DNA of 64,000 nt, taken from NCBI GenBank assembly GCA_026395055.1, contig JAPLZK010000001.1, forward strand, positions 81,527-145,526. Reading direction: 5' to 3'. Under the pieces are notes generated by a model that was not told the DNA's origin, ran no database searches, and saw nothing but the letters and a program-made list of their open reading frames with translations. A program made the position numbers and the translations under genes. The stretch's first letter is position 1; each line of letters begins with the position of its first letter. This DNA is from Candidatus Uhrbacteria bacterium. GTDB taxonomy: Bacteria; Patescibacteriota; Patescibacteriia; UBA9934; GWF2-40-263. Positions 9,441 through 19,005 of this stretch are shown here, piece by piece.

Positions 9441-10439
9441 ATGGACGTTACGTATAATTATCCTGCGAAAAATACGGTGCGAAGTGCGTGGATGGAATTT
9501 CTTCCTGACACCTTCGTGCAATCAGACTCAGGGCTTTATTTGCCTGGACACGAAAACTTGGAACTCGCGGCGTATCTTGAGAAAGGACTCGTTCCTAAAC
9601 AGATGGTCGGAGTGGAACAAGATCCGCTTTTGATTGATCATGTTCGAGAGAATGCCCAAGGGACGTTGATCGTTCATGGGAATGTCACAAGTGCTGTCCA
9701 GTATATTGAGCAAACGCAGACCACAAATTTGCGATTCGCAAATCTGGATCTTTCCAACTCGTACAGAGATTCGATCGAACAAATCTTATCACTGTTTCGT
9801 GTGTTCCCTTCTTCACAAGGTGGATATCTTGCGGTCACAAGCTATAGTGCTCGTGACAATGAGACCCTTACAGAAGGTGTGATCAATACGAGTAAGTTTT
9901 TTTCCGTTGTGAAATCTCAGGAACAATTCTTTGGACCATATGGTCAGATGCTGAATCGGTATCGTGCCATGCACGGAACATGGAATCGTTCGGAAAAAAA
10001 TAAGCATACGCATCTGACGCGCACGCTTGGATTTCTTTGGTGGATTGGTCTTGTGCTTGGGTCTGTTCGTAAGGCGCGTACCGGAAGGTATGTGATAGAC
10101 GAATTGTATCTTTCACAAATCAAAAGCGAGATTGATGCCATCAGTGAAGAGGCGAGACTTCTTGTAGAAGGAGATCGCAACTTTCATCTTGTGCGAAACA
10201 AATCGCTCGGAAAACTTTTTGCGAAACGTAGAAGCGAACTTGTGCCTACGCGACTTCAACAATTCATTCATCTGTCTCGGCGATCTCAGCCAATGCAGAC
10301 ATGGATGCTCCACATTGCGCCAATGACCGGCGCACAAAAACCCACGCACCAAGAGGTGATTGGGGATCTCTGGCAGCTCATGACTCACGGAACGCTCGTC
10401 ATGGTCGACGAGTCTGGAACGCGAGTCACAACAACGTAA
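9441..10439 (+). CDS. Putative class I SAM-dependent methyltransferase-like protein
   Basis: SD AAGGAG. Rossmann-like pattern LYLPG...GVEQD...HGNV...FANLD, resembling motif I, acidic beta2 and beta4. Confidence 0.55.
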   Translation: MDVTYNYPAKNTVRSAWMEFLPDTFVQSDSGLYLPGHENLELAAYLEKGLVPKQMVGVEQDPLLIDHVRENAQGTLIVHGNVTSAVQYIEQTQTTNLRFANLDLSNSYRDSIEQILSLFRVFPSSQGGYLAVTSYSARDNETLTEGVINTSKFFSVVKSQEQFFGPYGQMLNRYRAMHGTWNRSEKNKHTHLTRTLGFLWWIGLVLGSVRKARTGRYVIDELYLSQIKSEIDAISEEARLLVEGDRNFHLVRNKSLGKLFAKRRSELVPTRLQQFIHLSRRSQPMQTWMLHIAPMTGAQKPTHQEVIGDLWQLMTHGTLVMVDESGTRVTTT

Positions 10440-10448
10440 GGAGAATGC

Positions 10449-11126
10449 ATGCGTATTGCAAGATGGCTCATTGAGGGGGGAAAAGCTCTCGTCGAACTTG
10501 GAGATCACTTATTCATGCAACAAGCGCGACTCGATTCGCTTGGTGCGCGTAAGGAACCCCCGAAAGAAAAAGGGGAATATACGGAAGCCGTCGTTGATGC
10601 GCTGATCGCATCACGCGCAGAAAGTTCTGATGAGGATTGGTTGCGCACGGGTGGCCGGCGTGATCAAGAATGTGTACGTTACGGCATTACGCGAGAGCAA
10701 GTTGCGGGAATTCTCGCAGCTGGAACGAAACGTGAAAAGAAAAGCGGTAGTGGGAATGTTCCTGCGCCCGTCGCGCCCCCGTTCGATGATCGCGCAGCAA
10801 GCACACTCTCTTCTCCGGTTGCAAAGACGGGGGAAAAGAATGAACGCAACATGTTTGATGCAAAAGAATGGGGGGAGGTGACGCTCGAGCCGAATGGTGC
10901 GCGTGATCAGATTCCTTTGAAGCCGTTTCGTGACGCGACAGAGGATGACAAAAAGATTGTGGTGCTTGTGTACGTTCAGTGCAAGGCACACGAGAAGGAT
11001 TGGAGCGAGATGCGTCAGCAGCTCTGTTGTACGCGTCGACTGACGCGTCAGCAGGTTGCCGCAATCGTGGCAGAACACACCAGACAGGAAAACAAAAAGT
11101 TTGCGTCGCAAGCCGCACACGCCTAA
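10449..11126 (+). CDS. Hypothetical protein with two internal HTH-like repeats
   Basis: SD AAGGAG. RDQECVRYGITREQVAGILAAGTKREKK resembles RQQLCCTRRLTRQQVAAIVAEHTRQENKK. Confidence 0.65.
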   Translation: MRIARWLIEGGKALVELGDHLFMQQARLDSLGARKEPPKEKGEYTEAVVDALIASRAESSDEDWLRTGGRRDQECVRYGITREQVAGILAAGTKREKKSGSGNVPAPVAPPFDDRAASTLSSPVAKTGEKNERNMFDAKEWGEVTLEPNGARDQIPLKPFRDATEDDKKIVVLVYVQCKAHEKDWSEMRQQLCCTRRLTRQQVAAIVAEHTRQENKKFASQAAHA

Positions 11127-11133
11127 GACCCTT

Positions 11134-11166
11134 ATCGCCTTCGAAAACTTCGAGGCGATTTTTTTA
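11134..11166 (+). terminator. Intrinsic terminator
   Basis: ATCGCCTTCGAA...TTCGAGGCGAT followed by a T-run. Confidence 0.7.
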
Positions 11167-11217
11167 TTCGCAACAAAAAAATCGACCCACAGAGTGTGAA
11201 TCGATCTTCTTTTTTAT

Positions 11218-13209
11218 CTAGACGAGGAATCCAACGATGAGCAATGCCACAATGTTCAAAATTTTGATCATTGGGTTGATGGCTGGTCCCGCTGTGTCTT
11301 TGTATGGATCTCCTACGGTGTCTCCGGTGACCGCCGCCTTGTGAGCGTTGGATCCTTTTCCGCCGTAGTTTCCAAGTTCAATATATTTCTTTGCGTTGTC
11401 CCAAGCTCCTCCACCGGTTGTCATAGAGATTGCCATGAACAAACCTGTGACGATCGAACCAATCAAGAGTCCGCCAAGAGCTTTTGGTCCAAAGGCGAAT
11501 CCGACAACGATTGGAGCAAACACGGCGAGCAAGGAAGGAGCGATCATGAAATTGATCGCAGCTTTTGTCACAATGTCTACAGCTTTTGCGTAGTCAGGTT
11601 TTCCGGTTCCATCCATGATTCCTGGAATCTCACGGAACTGACGACGTACTTCATCAACAACAGATCCTGCAGCTTTTCCAACAGCTTCCATGGCGAGGGC
11701 TGCGAATAAGTAGGTGACGATCCCTCCAAGGAATAATCCAGCAAGAACATATGGGTCGCTCACTTCGAATACAACCAATGATCCTTTTGCCGCAAGCGCA
11801 TGCACGTAGTCTCCAAAGAGAACAACAGTTGCGAGTCCGGCAGAACCAATGGCATATGCCTTTGTCACAGCTTTTGTTGTGTTTCCAACCGCATCGAGTG
11901 GGTCTGTGATGTTACGAACGTCTTCTCCAAGATCTGCCATTTCTGCGATTCCACCTGCATTGTCTGTAATTGGACCAAAGGCGTCAATCGCAACAACGAT
12001 TCCTGTTAGAGACAACATGGCCATTGCGGCGATTGCAACTCCGTAAAGTCCAGAGAGAGAGTTTGCGATCAAAATTCCAAAGACGATTGTAAGAACAGGA
12101 AGAGCGGTTGATTTCATGGAAAGACCAAGTCCTGCAATGATGTTTGTTCCGTGTCCAGATTCAGAAGCGGCTGCAAGGTCTTTTACAGGTTGATGATTTG
12201 TTCCTGTGTAATATTCTGTAATCAGAATCAAGGCTGCGGTAATAACGAGTCCAAGAAGTGCAGAGTAATACACGTTCATGGTGTTCAAACCCGCAATGTT
12301 TGCGAGCATATACTTTGTGACAGGGTAAAAACCAATGGCAGCAAGAGCGCCCGCAACAAACAATCCTTTATAAAGTGCGTTCATGATGTTTCCATCTTTC
12401 CCGATCTTGATAAAGAAAGTTCCAACAATTGAACACACGATGGCAATCGCTCCAAGAGCGATTGGGTAAATGACAACTTGTGCGTTGTTTGCAAACAAGA
12501 GGGATCCAAGCAACATGGCTGCAACAGATGTTACAGCATATGTTTCGAATAAGTCCGCAGCCATTCCTGCACAGTCTCCAACGTTGTCTCCAACGTTGTC
12601 TGCGATAACCGCTGGGTTGCGTGGGTCGTCTTCAGGGATTCCTGCTTCTGTTTTTCCAACCAAGTCCGCACCAACGTCTGCAGCTTTGGTAAAAATTCCT
12701 CCACCCAAACGAGCAAAGACAGAAATAAGAGATCCTCCAAATCCGAGTCCAACGAGTGCGTGGACATCATGTGTCATCATGTAAAAAAGGGTGACTCCAA
12801 GAAGCGCGAGTCCAACAACGAAAAATCCTGTCACAACGCCTCCGCGTACGGCGACGTCCATGGCAGCAGAAAGTCCGCTTTTTGCTGCTTCAGTTGTGCG
12901 TACGTTTGCACGTACAGAAACAGACATTCCAATATAACCCGCAACTCCCGAAAGGACTGCTCCTACCAAGAATCCAATTGCGAGGGTCCATCCTAATGCG
13001 AATCCAAGGATAAGGAAGACAACCGCTCCGATCATGGCGATCATTTTATATTGACGCGCCATGTATGCATTCGCTCCTTCTTGGATCGCAAGCGCGATTC
13101 CTTTCATTTTTCCTTCTCCGGCCGGGAGCTTCAAAATCCATTGAGTAAGATAGGCTCCATAAATGAGGGCAAGCAAGCTCGCCCCGATCGCGTACATCGA
13201 AATATTCAT
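11218..13209 (-). CDS. hppA: Membrane-bound H+-translocating pyrophosphatase, K+-independent type
   Basis: [44 protein letters not shown] and [10 protein letters not shown] motifs; Lys in GNTTKA marks K+-independence. Confidence 0.97.
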   Translation of the reverse strand: MNISMYAIGASLLALIYGAYLTQWILKLPAGEGKMKGIALAIQEGANAYMARQYKMIAMIGAVVFLILGFALGWTLAIGFLVGAVLSGVAGYIGMSVSVRANVRTTEAAKSGLSAAMDVAVRGGVVTGFFVVGLALLGVTLFYMMTHDVHALVGLGFGGSLISVFARLGGGIFTKAADVGADLVGKTEAGIPEDDPRNPAVIADNVGDNVGDCAGMAADLFETYAVTSVAAMLLGSLLFANNAQVVIYPIALGAIAIVCSIVGTFFIKIGKDGNIMNALYKGLFVAGALAAIGFYPVTKYMLANIAGLNTMNVYYSALLGLVITAALILITEYYTGTNHQPVKDLAAASESGHGTNIIAGLGLSMKSTALPVLTIVFGILIANSLSGLYGVAIAAMAMLSLTGIVVAIDAFGPITDNAGGIAEMADLGEDVRNITDPLDAVGNTTKAVTKAYAIGSAGLATVVLFGDYVHALAAKGSLVVFEVSDPYVLAGLFLGGIVTYLFAALAMEAVGKAAGSVVDEVRRQFREIPGIMDGTGKPDYAKAVDIVTKAAINFMIAPSLLAVFAPIVVGFAFGPKALGGLLIGSIVTGLFMAISMTTGGGAWDNAKKYIELGNYGGKGSNAHKAAVTGDTVGDPYKDTAGPAINPMIKILNIVALLIVGFLV

Positions 13210-13451
13210 AATGTATGGGTCGAAATGAAAATGACTAAAAACATGCGGCTATCGTAATGAGATATGCGCATTTTGTCAACGATTTTTACGCACAGGAAAA
13301 GACGTTTTATGTATAAATTTAGCCAAAAAATACAAAAAAACGTTTGACAAAAGAGGGAAAAAAGACTACAGTTGATCATACGAAATGCGTTAAATTTTTT
13401 TGTATCAAATTACACATCAAACATTTCTTTGTCCGAACAGCTCTTTTTGTC

Positions 13452-14699
13452 ATGCAGGGGCTGATTGTCATAAAACGCGTTGCTAAACCGGTTTTTTTGG
13501 CTATCTATCAACCGTTTAAGACGGTTGGTTTTATTTTGGTGAAGATGATTGGAGTTCCGGCGTACAGAGGAATCTTTTTCGTGCGTCGTTTCGTGAACAC
13601 AATTCTTTTGCCTGCCAAACACCGTTTTTTTTATTTGCTCTCGAATCGCTACACGGTTCACGCGCTCATGATTATCCTTGTCGGGATCATTGGCATAACA
13701 AATTTTCAGACGCGTGATGTTCGTGCAGAAACATTTGGGCAAAAAAGTATTCTGTATTCTCTTGTCTCTGTTGATGATTCAGAAACTGTCGAGGTGGTTG
13801 AAGCAGGAAAATCCGTTTTGATTCCTGGGGGTCCTTCCAGTTATTTCTCTGATACCACATTAGATACACGTACGCAGTTTCATCAAAATGAGTTAGAACA
13901 ATCCATTGTGCCAACGCAGCCGCAAATTGCTGCATCACGTTCTTCTGTAGAAACATATGTCGTAAAAGACGGTGACACCCTCGGGCGTATTTCCGTTCGT
14001 TTCCACTTAAGTATTAGCACAATTCTTTCAGCAAATGGTTTGACACTGCGCAGTACTCTCCGCCCAGGAGACACGTTGAAAATTCTTCCAAGTGATGGAA
14101 TCATGTATACCGTGAAACGTGGTGACACACTTTCGAAAATCGCGAATGCATTTAACATTGACGCGACGGAAATTGCGTCGGCAAACCAATTCTTTGGAAA
14201 TGCTTCTTTGAAAATCGGAACAGAAATAATCCTTCCAGGCGCAACGCAAACGGCCGCACCGGCAGCAATTGCGCGTAAGCCTGTGAGTATTAAAGATATT
14301 ATTACCAATACCCCCATTCCAAAACCATCTGGATCAACAAGTGTTGGCTGGGTGTGGCCAACAAACTGGCACGTTATCACCCAATACTTCAGCTGGAAGC
14401 ACACAGGAGTTGATATTGATGGAGATTTCACAACATTTAGTATGGCCGCTCATGACGGTGTTGTAAGTTACACAGGTTGGCGTAATGGATACGGACTCAC
14501 CGTTGAAGTTGATCACGGAAATGGATTAAAAACACGTTACGGACACAACTCAAAGATTTTTGTAAGCACGGGAGATGTTGTTGTGGCGGGACAACATTTG
14601 GCACAAACAGGAACAACAGGAAATTCAACCGGAACGCATTTGCACTTTGAAGTGATCTTGAACGGAAAGTTCCAAAATCCATTGTCTTATATTCGATAG
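13452..14699 (+). CDS. LysM + M23 family peptidoglycan endopeptidase
   Basis: Two LysM repeats (YVVKDGDTL, YTVKRGDTL); M23 motifs HTGVD and HLHFE; N-terminal TM; start uncertain. Confidence 0.93.
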   Translation: MQGLIVIKRVAKPVFLAIYQPFKTVGFILVKMIGVPAYRGIFFVRRFVNTILLPAKHRFFYLLSNRYTVHALMIILVGIIGITNFQTRDVRAETFGQKSILYSLVSVDDSETVEVVEAGKSVLIPGGPSSYFSDTTLDTRTQFHQNELEQSIVPTQPQIAASRSSVETYVVKDGDTLGRISVRFHLSISTILSANGLTLRSTLRPGDTLKILPSDGIMYTVKRGDTLSKIANAFNIDATEIASANQFFGNASLKIGTEIILPGATQTAAPAAIARKPVSIKDIITNTPIPKPSGSTSVGWVWPTNWHVITQYFSWKHTGVDIDGDFTTFSMAAHDGVVSYTGWRNGYGLTVEVDHGNGLKTRYGHNSKIFVSTGDVVVAGQHLAQTGTTGNSTGTHLHFEVILNGKFQNPLSYIR

Positions 14700-14700
14700 A

Positions 14701-16177
14701 TTATTCTCGTTGCATTTTTTGACCACGAAACTGCAAAGCTTCGGCTAAATGATGTTCTTCAATCGTTTGTGAGTTCGCGAGATCTGCAATCGTGCGCGCG
14801 ACCTTTCGAACGCGCGATGCTGCGCGTGGCGAAAGTGACTGAGATTCAATGGCGAGGGCTAATAATGTTTTAGCATCTGGTGTAAGAAAACAAACGTGTT
14901 CAAGAAGCGCGGGTGAAATTTCGGCGTTGAGATGACAAGCGGAATCGAAAAATCGATCCGCTTGTTTTTTTCTTGCGGCAATCACACGCGTGAGAATAGA
15001 AGAGGATGTTTCAGAACGAACTTCAGACAAAAGAAGTTCTTGGGAAAGATTTGAGACTTCAATGCGTAAATCAAAACGATCAAGGAGTGGTCCTGACACG
15101 CGCTTTTGATAATTTTGTAATTGCATAGTTGTACAAACACATCGACGTTTTGGATCTGATGCGTATCCGCACGGACATGGATTCATGGCAGCGATCAACA
15201 GAAACCGAGCGGGAAATTTTACGGTCGCTTGCGCGCGAGAAATAGTGACAACACCATCTTCAAGCGGTCCGCGTAAGTGCTCAAGAACGTGTCGTGGAAA
15301 TTCAGGAAGCTCATCGAGAAATAAAACACCTCGATGTGCAAGAGAAATTTCTCCTGGAGTTGGCCAGGTTCCACCACCAACCAAAGAGACCGCAGAAGCG
15401 GAATGATGAGGAGATCGAAATGGACGCTCTTCAATAAGTCCTGAGGAAGAAGTAAGCTCTCCCGCAATTGAGGCAATGCTTGTGACTTCCATAGATTCTT
15501 CTTCTGTAAGGGGCGGAAGAATAGATGGGAATGATTTTGCAAGGAGAGTCTTCCCTGTTCCGGGTGGACCCGATAAAAGAATGTTGTGTCCACCCGCAGC
15601 GGCGATTTCAAGTCCGCGCTTCGCAAGATCTTGTCCTTTTATATAAGAGAAACAATGTTCATTTTGTTGTATGCATTCTCGTCGAAGATAAATTGTTTTT
15701 GCTATCTGTGTTCGATGAAGTAAGTGATCGATGAGTTCACGGAGAGTGGATGCCCCGAATACTTCCAACTCTTTAATGACGGCTGCCTCTTGTTCGTTCT
15801 CTTTTGGAACAAAGATGCTTTGCTTTTGAATACGTCGTGCCATGAGTGCTGTTGTAAGAACGCCTCGAACGGATCGAATGGAACCGTCGAGTGCCAACTC
15901 TCCCAAAACGACGGCGTGCTCAAGGGCTTGGGCGGGGATTTCTCCGCGCGAGACGAGAATAGAGAGCGCGATGGGTAAATCATAAAGCGGTCCTTGTTTG
16001 CGTAAATCTGCGGGTGCGAGATTGATGGTCACGCGTCCGCGCGGAAACGGAAAACCCGTATTTTTGAGTGCGGCACGAATGCGATCACGGGATTCTTTGA
16101 CGGATGTATCCGGGAGCCCTACGATCGTGAAATTACGCATGAATCCCCGTTGTTGTACTTGAGGTGATTGAAAACAT
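14701..16177 (-). pseudogene. comM: ComM/YifB Mg-chelatase-like AAA+ ATPase with its N-terminus out of frame (body 14701..16140 intact)
   Basis: FTIVGLPD, TINLAPADLRK, GPPGTGKT, LFLDELPEF, MNPCPCG. The canonical-looking start MFSITSSTTTGIHA* (16177..16133) is in a different frame. Confidence 0.75.
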
Positions 16178-16269
16178 AAAAAGGAAATAAAAAAAGAACT
16201 CCCAAGAAATTTATCTAGGGAGTTCATTTATAAAAAAAGTTTATCCGTTTTTTTTGACGTTGTCAATGG

Positions 16270-16737
16270 TTATTTGTCTCCATGTTCCGGAAGCGATCGT
16301 CGTGATGAGATAAGAAGGATGACGACTCCGAAGATGATGAGAAGATCTGAAAGATTCACAGCGGATCTTCCGAAGAAGATGATGTAGTCAACCGTGAAGC
16401 CGTAATAAATGCGATCAAAAACGTTTCCAACCGCACCAATCATGATGATCAAACTCGAGAACGCAATTTTTGGATGCGTCGTGAGGTTCTTTACGATCAT
16501 TTCGATTAAGAAGTATCCAATGACGACAGAGATCAGTAAGATAAATTCTCTTCGGAATGGAATATCAAAGGCAAGTCCCCAGTTTTTGTGGATGGCAAGA
16601 TTGAGGAAACTTGGAACAAGCAAAGAGCTTTCGTCTGGAAAATGCGTTAACGCAAAAGCTTTCGCCCACTCATCTAATAAGACGAGAAGAATGGCGGGAA
16701 GCAAGAACCAATAAAGATGTTTTCCAAGATTTTTCAC
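16270..16737 (-). CDS. lspA: Lipoprotein signal peptidase II
   Basis: NWGLAF, GAVGNVFDRI, VDYI, NLSD motifs; 4 TM segments. Confidence 0.93.
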   Translation of the reverse strand: MKNLGKHLYWFLLPAILLVLLDEWAKAFALTHFPDESSLLVPSFLNLAIHKNWGLAFDIPFRREFILLISVVIGYFLIEMIVKNLTTHPKIAFSSLIIMIGAVGNVFDRIYYGFTVDYIIFFGRSAVNLSDLLIIFGVVILLISSRRSLPEHGDK

Positions 16738-17108
16738 ACTTCTTGTGTAAGAGTTTTTTTACATTGAATGCACGAGCTGGATGTTGGACGTGCAAGAAGA
16801 CGGCGTTCGTCAATGGGTTGGTGACAGTATTTGCAGATTCCGTATTCTCCCTTGTCAATTTGCTTCAGTGTTGAATCAACGTCACGTAACGCTTTTTCTA
16901 ATTCGTCTTCTAAAGAAAGGTTGTCTGAAAATTGAGCGACTTCAGACGCGTTTTCGTCTTCGCTGTCTCCGTTATTTGGAAAGTCTGTTCGGAAGGTTTC
17001 TTCCGTTGCGTTTGGATTTCTGTGTGAAAATTTTGAGAGTTCTGTCTCTAGGCGAGATTTTTCTTCCAGTAAGATCGTTTTCGCTTTTGAGGTGAGATCC
17101 TTTGTCAT
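16734..17108 (-). CDS. TraR/DksA C4-type zinc finger protein
   Basis: Coiled coil with DSEDENASE, then YGICKYC...ERRLLARP...CIQC. Confidence 0.92.
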   Translation of the reverse strand: MTKDLTSKAKTILLEEKSRLETELSKFSHRNPNATEETFRTDFPNNGDSEDENASEVAQFSDNLSLEDELEKALRDVDSTLKQIDKGEYGICKYCHQPIDERRLLARPTSSSCIQCKKTLTQEV

Positions 17109-17198
17109 AAAATGCGTGACGAAAACGTCACCGATCAAATCTTTAATGAAGCTAGCATAGCATCATTTGAGTTGTTCGCCAATAACAACCCTTCACAA

Positions 17199-17221
17199 CA
17201 AAAAAAGCCCCCGAAGGGGCC
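17199..17221 (-). terminator. Intrinsic terminator ending the candidate ncRNA
   Basis: GCCCC-TTCG-GGGGC followed by T7 on the minus strand. Confidence 0.85.
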
Positions 17222-17567
17222 AGAAAATCAATCAGCGACCGGTTTAGATATCGGATTTTGGGCTCAATCCTTTATTGAGAAGCAAAACTCGACATCCACA
17301 CCGGTACAACCGCTTAATTTTAGAAGAGTGGCTCTTGTCACCTACCATTCAATGGTTTTACCCAGGCGAAGATCGCGAGGACCTTCATGATTTGGGCGAA
17401 CCTAGATGTGTTCGATTTTGTTTTTGTTTTTAATCAGAACAGTAGATGTGCGCGAGATCATTATTCCTGAATCATAATTCAAGCGTGGGGAGCTTGCCGA
17501 CAACAATGGTCGGGATTAAGGATGATCTCAGAGATGGAAAAGGTACGAAGCAATGTTTCACGATTGC
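17200..17567 (-). ncRNA. Unidentified ~365-nt structured non-coding RNA (candidate)
   Basis: Own promoter and terminator, no credible ORF, at least 9 hand-identified helices including a ~95-nt 3' rod. Confidence 0.6.
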
Positions 17568-17573
17568 ACATAT

Positions 17574-17602
17574 ATAATATCAAAAAAAGACCCGAAGGTC
17601 AA
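17574..17602 (-). promoter_or_regulatory. sigma70 promoter overlapping the terminator of the upstream pnp operon
   Basis: TTGACC-17 bp-TATTAT; the same bases form GACC-TTCG-GGTC-TC-T7. Confidence 0.7.
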
Positions 17603-17684
17603 TCCATGAATTTTCGCTTGAATAAGATTCAATGTGAGTGTGTTGGAAAATTTTGTGTTCAAAATGGTTTGCTGGGTAGAAAAG

Positions 17685-17724
17685 TTATCCACACTTTATA
17701 CCACTTATGCATAACTTATCCACA
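17685..17724 (+). promoter_or_regulatory. DnaA-box cluster
   Basis: Perfect TTATCCACA at 17685-17693 and 17716-17724; degenerate palindromic TTATGCATAA at 17705-17714. Confidence 0.7.
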
Positions 17725-17726
17725 GG

Positions 17727-18998
17727 CTACTTACAGAGACGAATTGTTGTTGATAACAATCCAGATCTTAAACCAATACTAGAGAAATTTTGTGCAAAGA
17801 GAAGGATCGCGCTGTTGTTTACGGAATTTGTGTGTTGATTTTGCATATCTACAAGCGGTTTAAGTACTATGCCCGCATTTTTTCCCCCGCAAATTTTTGT
17901 ATTTGATTTATTTTGGCCTTTAAATGCACGAAATAACTCTTCGCGGTTTGTGAGAAAGATTTCATTATTTTTTGTGTAGCCAGCAAGTAGGATGCCGTCA
18001 CTTGTTTGAATACGATCTACTTGAATTCCAAGCAGCGTCACCTCCTCGACAGAAATATTTTCAGGGTTTGCGATGATTTCTTTGATTGAGGTGCCGTCTT
18101 CTAAAACCGTTTCTTGTATTTTTGGGGAGTTTAGAGCTGAAATGGAACGAAGAGTCTGCGCGAAATCAATCTTATGTGTTTCTGTGCGTTGAATGGCTGT
18201 CAGAAAAAAACCGACTCCCTGTGAATCCTTTGTGAGGATAAGTTGGCTTTGGTTTTCCGGAAGATTTGCAAGTTCATTCAAAAATGGTGAATCTACAACA
18301 GATTTCATGAGTGGAAGAAAAGGATCGAGAAAATCCTTTGTTGTGTTTGGCAAGATTGGAGTAGACAAATAAGCGATTGTGTCTTTTGGAATCTGCTTAA
18401 ACGCATTTCCTGTTGGATGCACGCCCGGAACCGTGATGTCTAAATGATCTTTTGATGCATAAAGAAAAGATCTGTGCGGTTGTGTGCTATCAACCAGTTC
18501 GCCAATCCAACGATGACCAGGAAAAGAAATACCCGGTATGATTTTAGGTGAAATATTTAATGGCTTCAAAACTTCTTCTTTTTCAGAAAGTAAAATAATT
18601 CCGTGACCAATTGATTGGGTGCTAATAGATTGAGAATCCAATAATTTTTGTGGAAGTTGTTTGTTTCCTTCTCGAATCGCTATGGATTGTGATCCGTCAT
18701 TCTTCAAAAAAAGAACAAACTCCCCAGAGATATATGGAGCTAAATCAGAAAATGTGAGTGCTCGATGTGAAATAAGGGGAACATGGTTTGTAAATGCTTC
18801 AACATCTGTTCCTTTTTGACCACCGACAAACAGGCGAATGGCCATGACGGTGTTTTCTGGCGCAGCTTGATAAATGGTATCTCGTGTAAACCAAAGAGTG
18901 CTTCCCCAGGAGATGATGGTTATGATGCTTGATACACACACCACCAGAAGCCAAACAACCCACCGAGTACGGCGGGTTGTTTTGGAACTTCTAGACAT
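17727..18998 (-). CDS. Hypothetical membrane-anchored protein
   Basis: Basic N-terminus and one TM (WVVWLLVVCVSSIITIISW); starts just after the pnp stop. Confidence 0.75.
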   Translation of the reverse strand: MSRSSKTTRRTRWVVWLLVVCVSSIITIISWGSTLWFTRDTIYQAAPENTVMAIRLFVGGQKGTDVEAFTNHVPLISHRALTFSDLAPYISGEFVLFLKNDGSQSIAIREGNKQLPQKLLDSQSISTQSIGHGIILLSEKEEVLKPLNISPKIIPGISFPGHRWIGELVDSTQPHRSFLYASKDHLDITVPGVHPTGNAFKQIPKDTIAYLSTPILPNTTKDFLDPFLPLMKSVVDSPFLNELANLPENQSQLILTKDSQGVGFFLTAIQRTETHKIDFAQTLRSISALNSPKIQETVLEDGTSIKEIIANPENISVEEVTLLGIQVDRIQTSDGILLAGYTKNNEIFLTNREELFRAFKGQNKSNTKICGGKNAGIVLKPLVDMQNQHTNSVNNSAILLFAQNFSSIGLRSGLLSTTIRLCK

Positions 18999-19005
18999 GG
19001 GAATA

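Noticed and set aside
17290-17340. T-box-like AATTAAGCGGTTGTACCGG after a small stem, upstream of a terminator and lspA
   Set aside because: The bulge reads TTGT rather than the TGGN needed to pair with tRNA NCCA, no specifier stem I motifs are visible, no synthetase gene follows, and the next gene appears to have its own promoter.
17200-17567. Identification of the ncRNA as RNase P, tmRNA or SRP RNA
   Set aside because: No GAGGAAAGTCC P4 motif, no tRNA-like GGGG...CCA ends or T-loop, no SRP helix-8 motif. Divergent forms cannot be excluded without Infernal.
17479-17571. 30-codon ORF MCNRETLL... at the start of the ncRNA
   Set aside because: The ATG lies only 2 nt from the -10 box, so probably upstream of the transcription start; no SD and no recognisable peptide.
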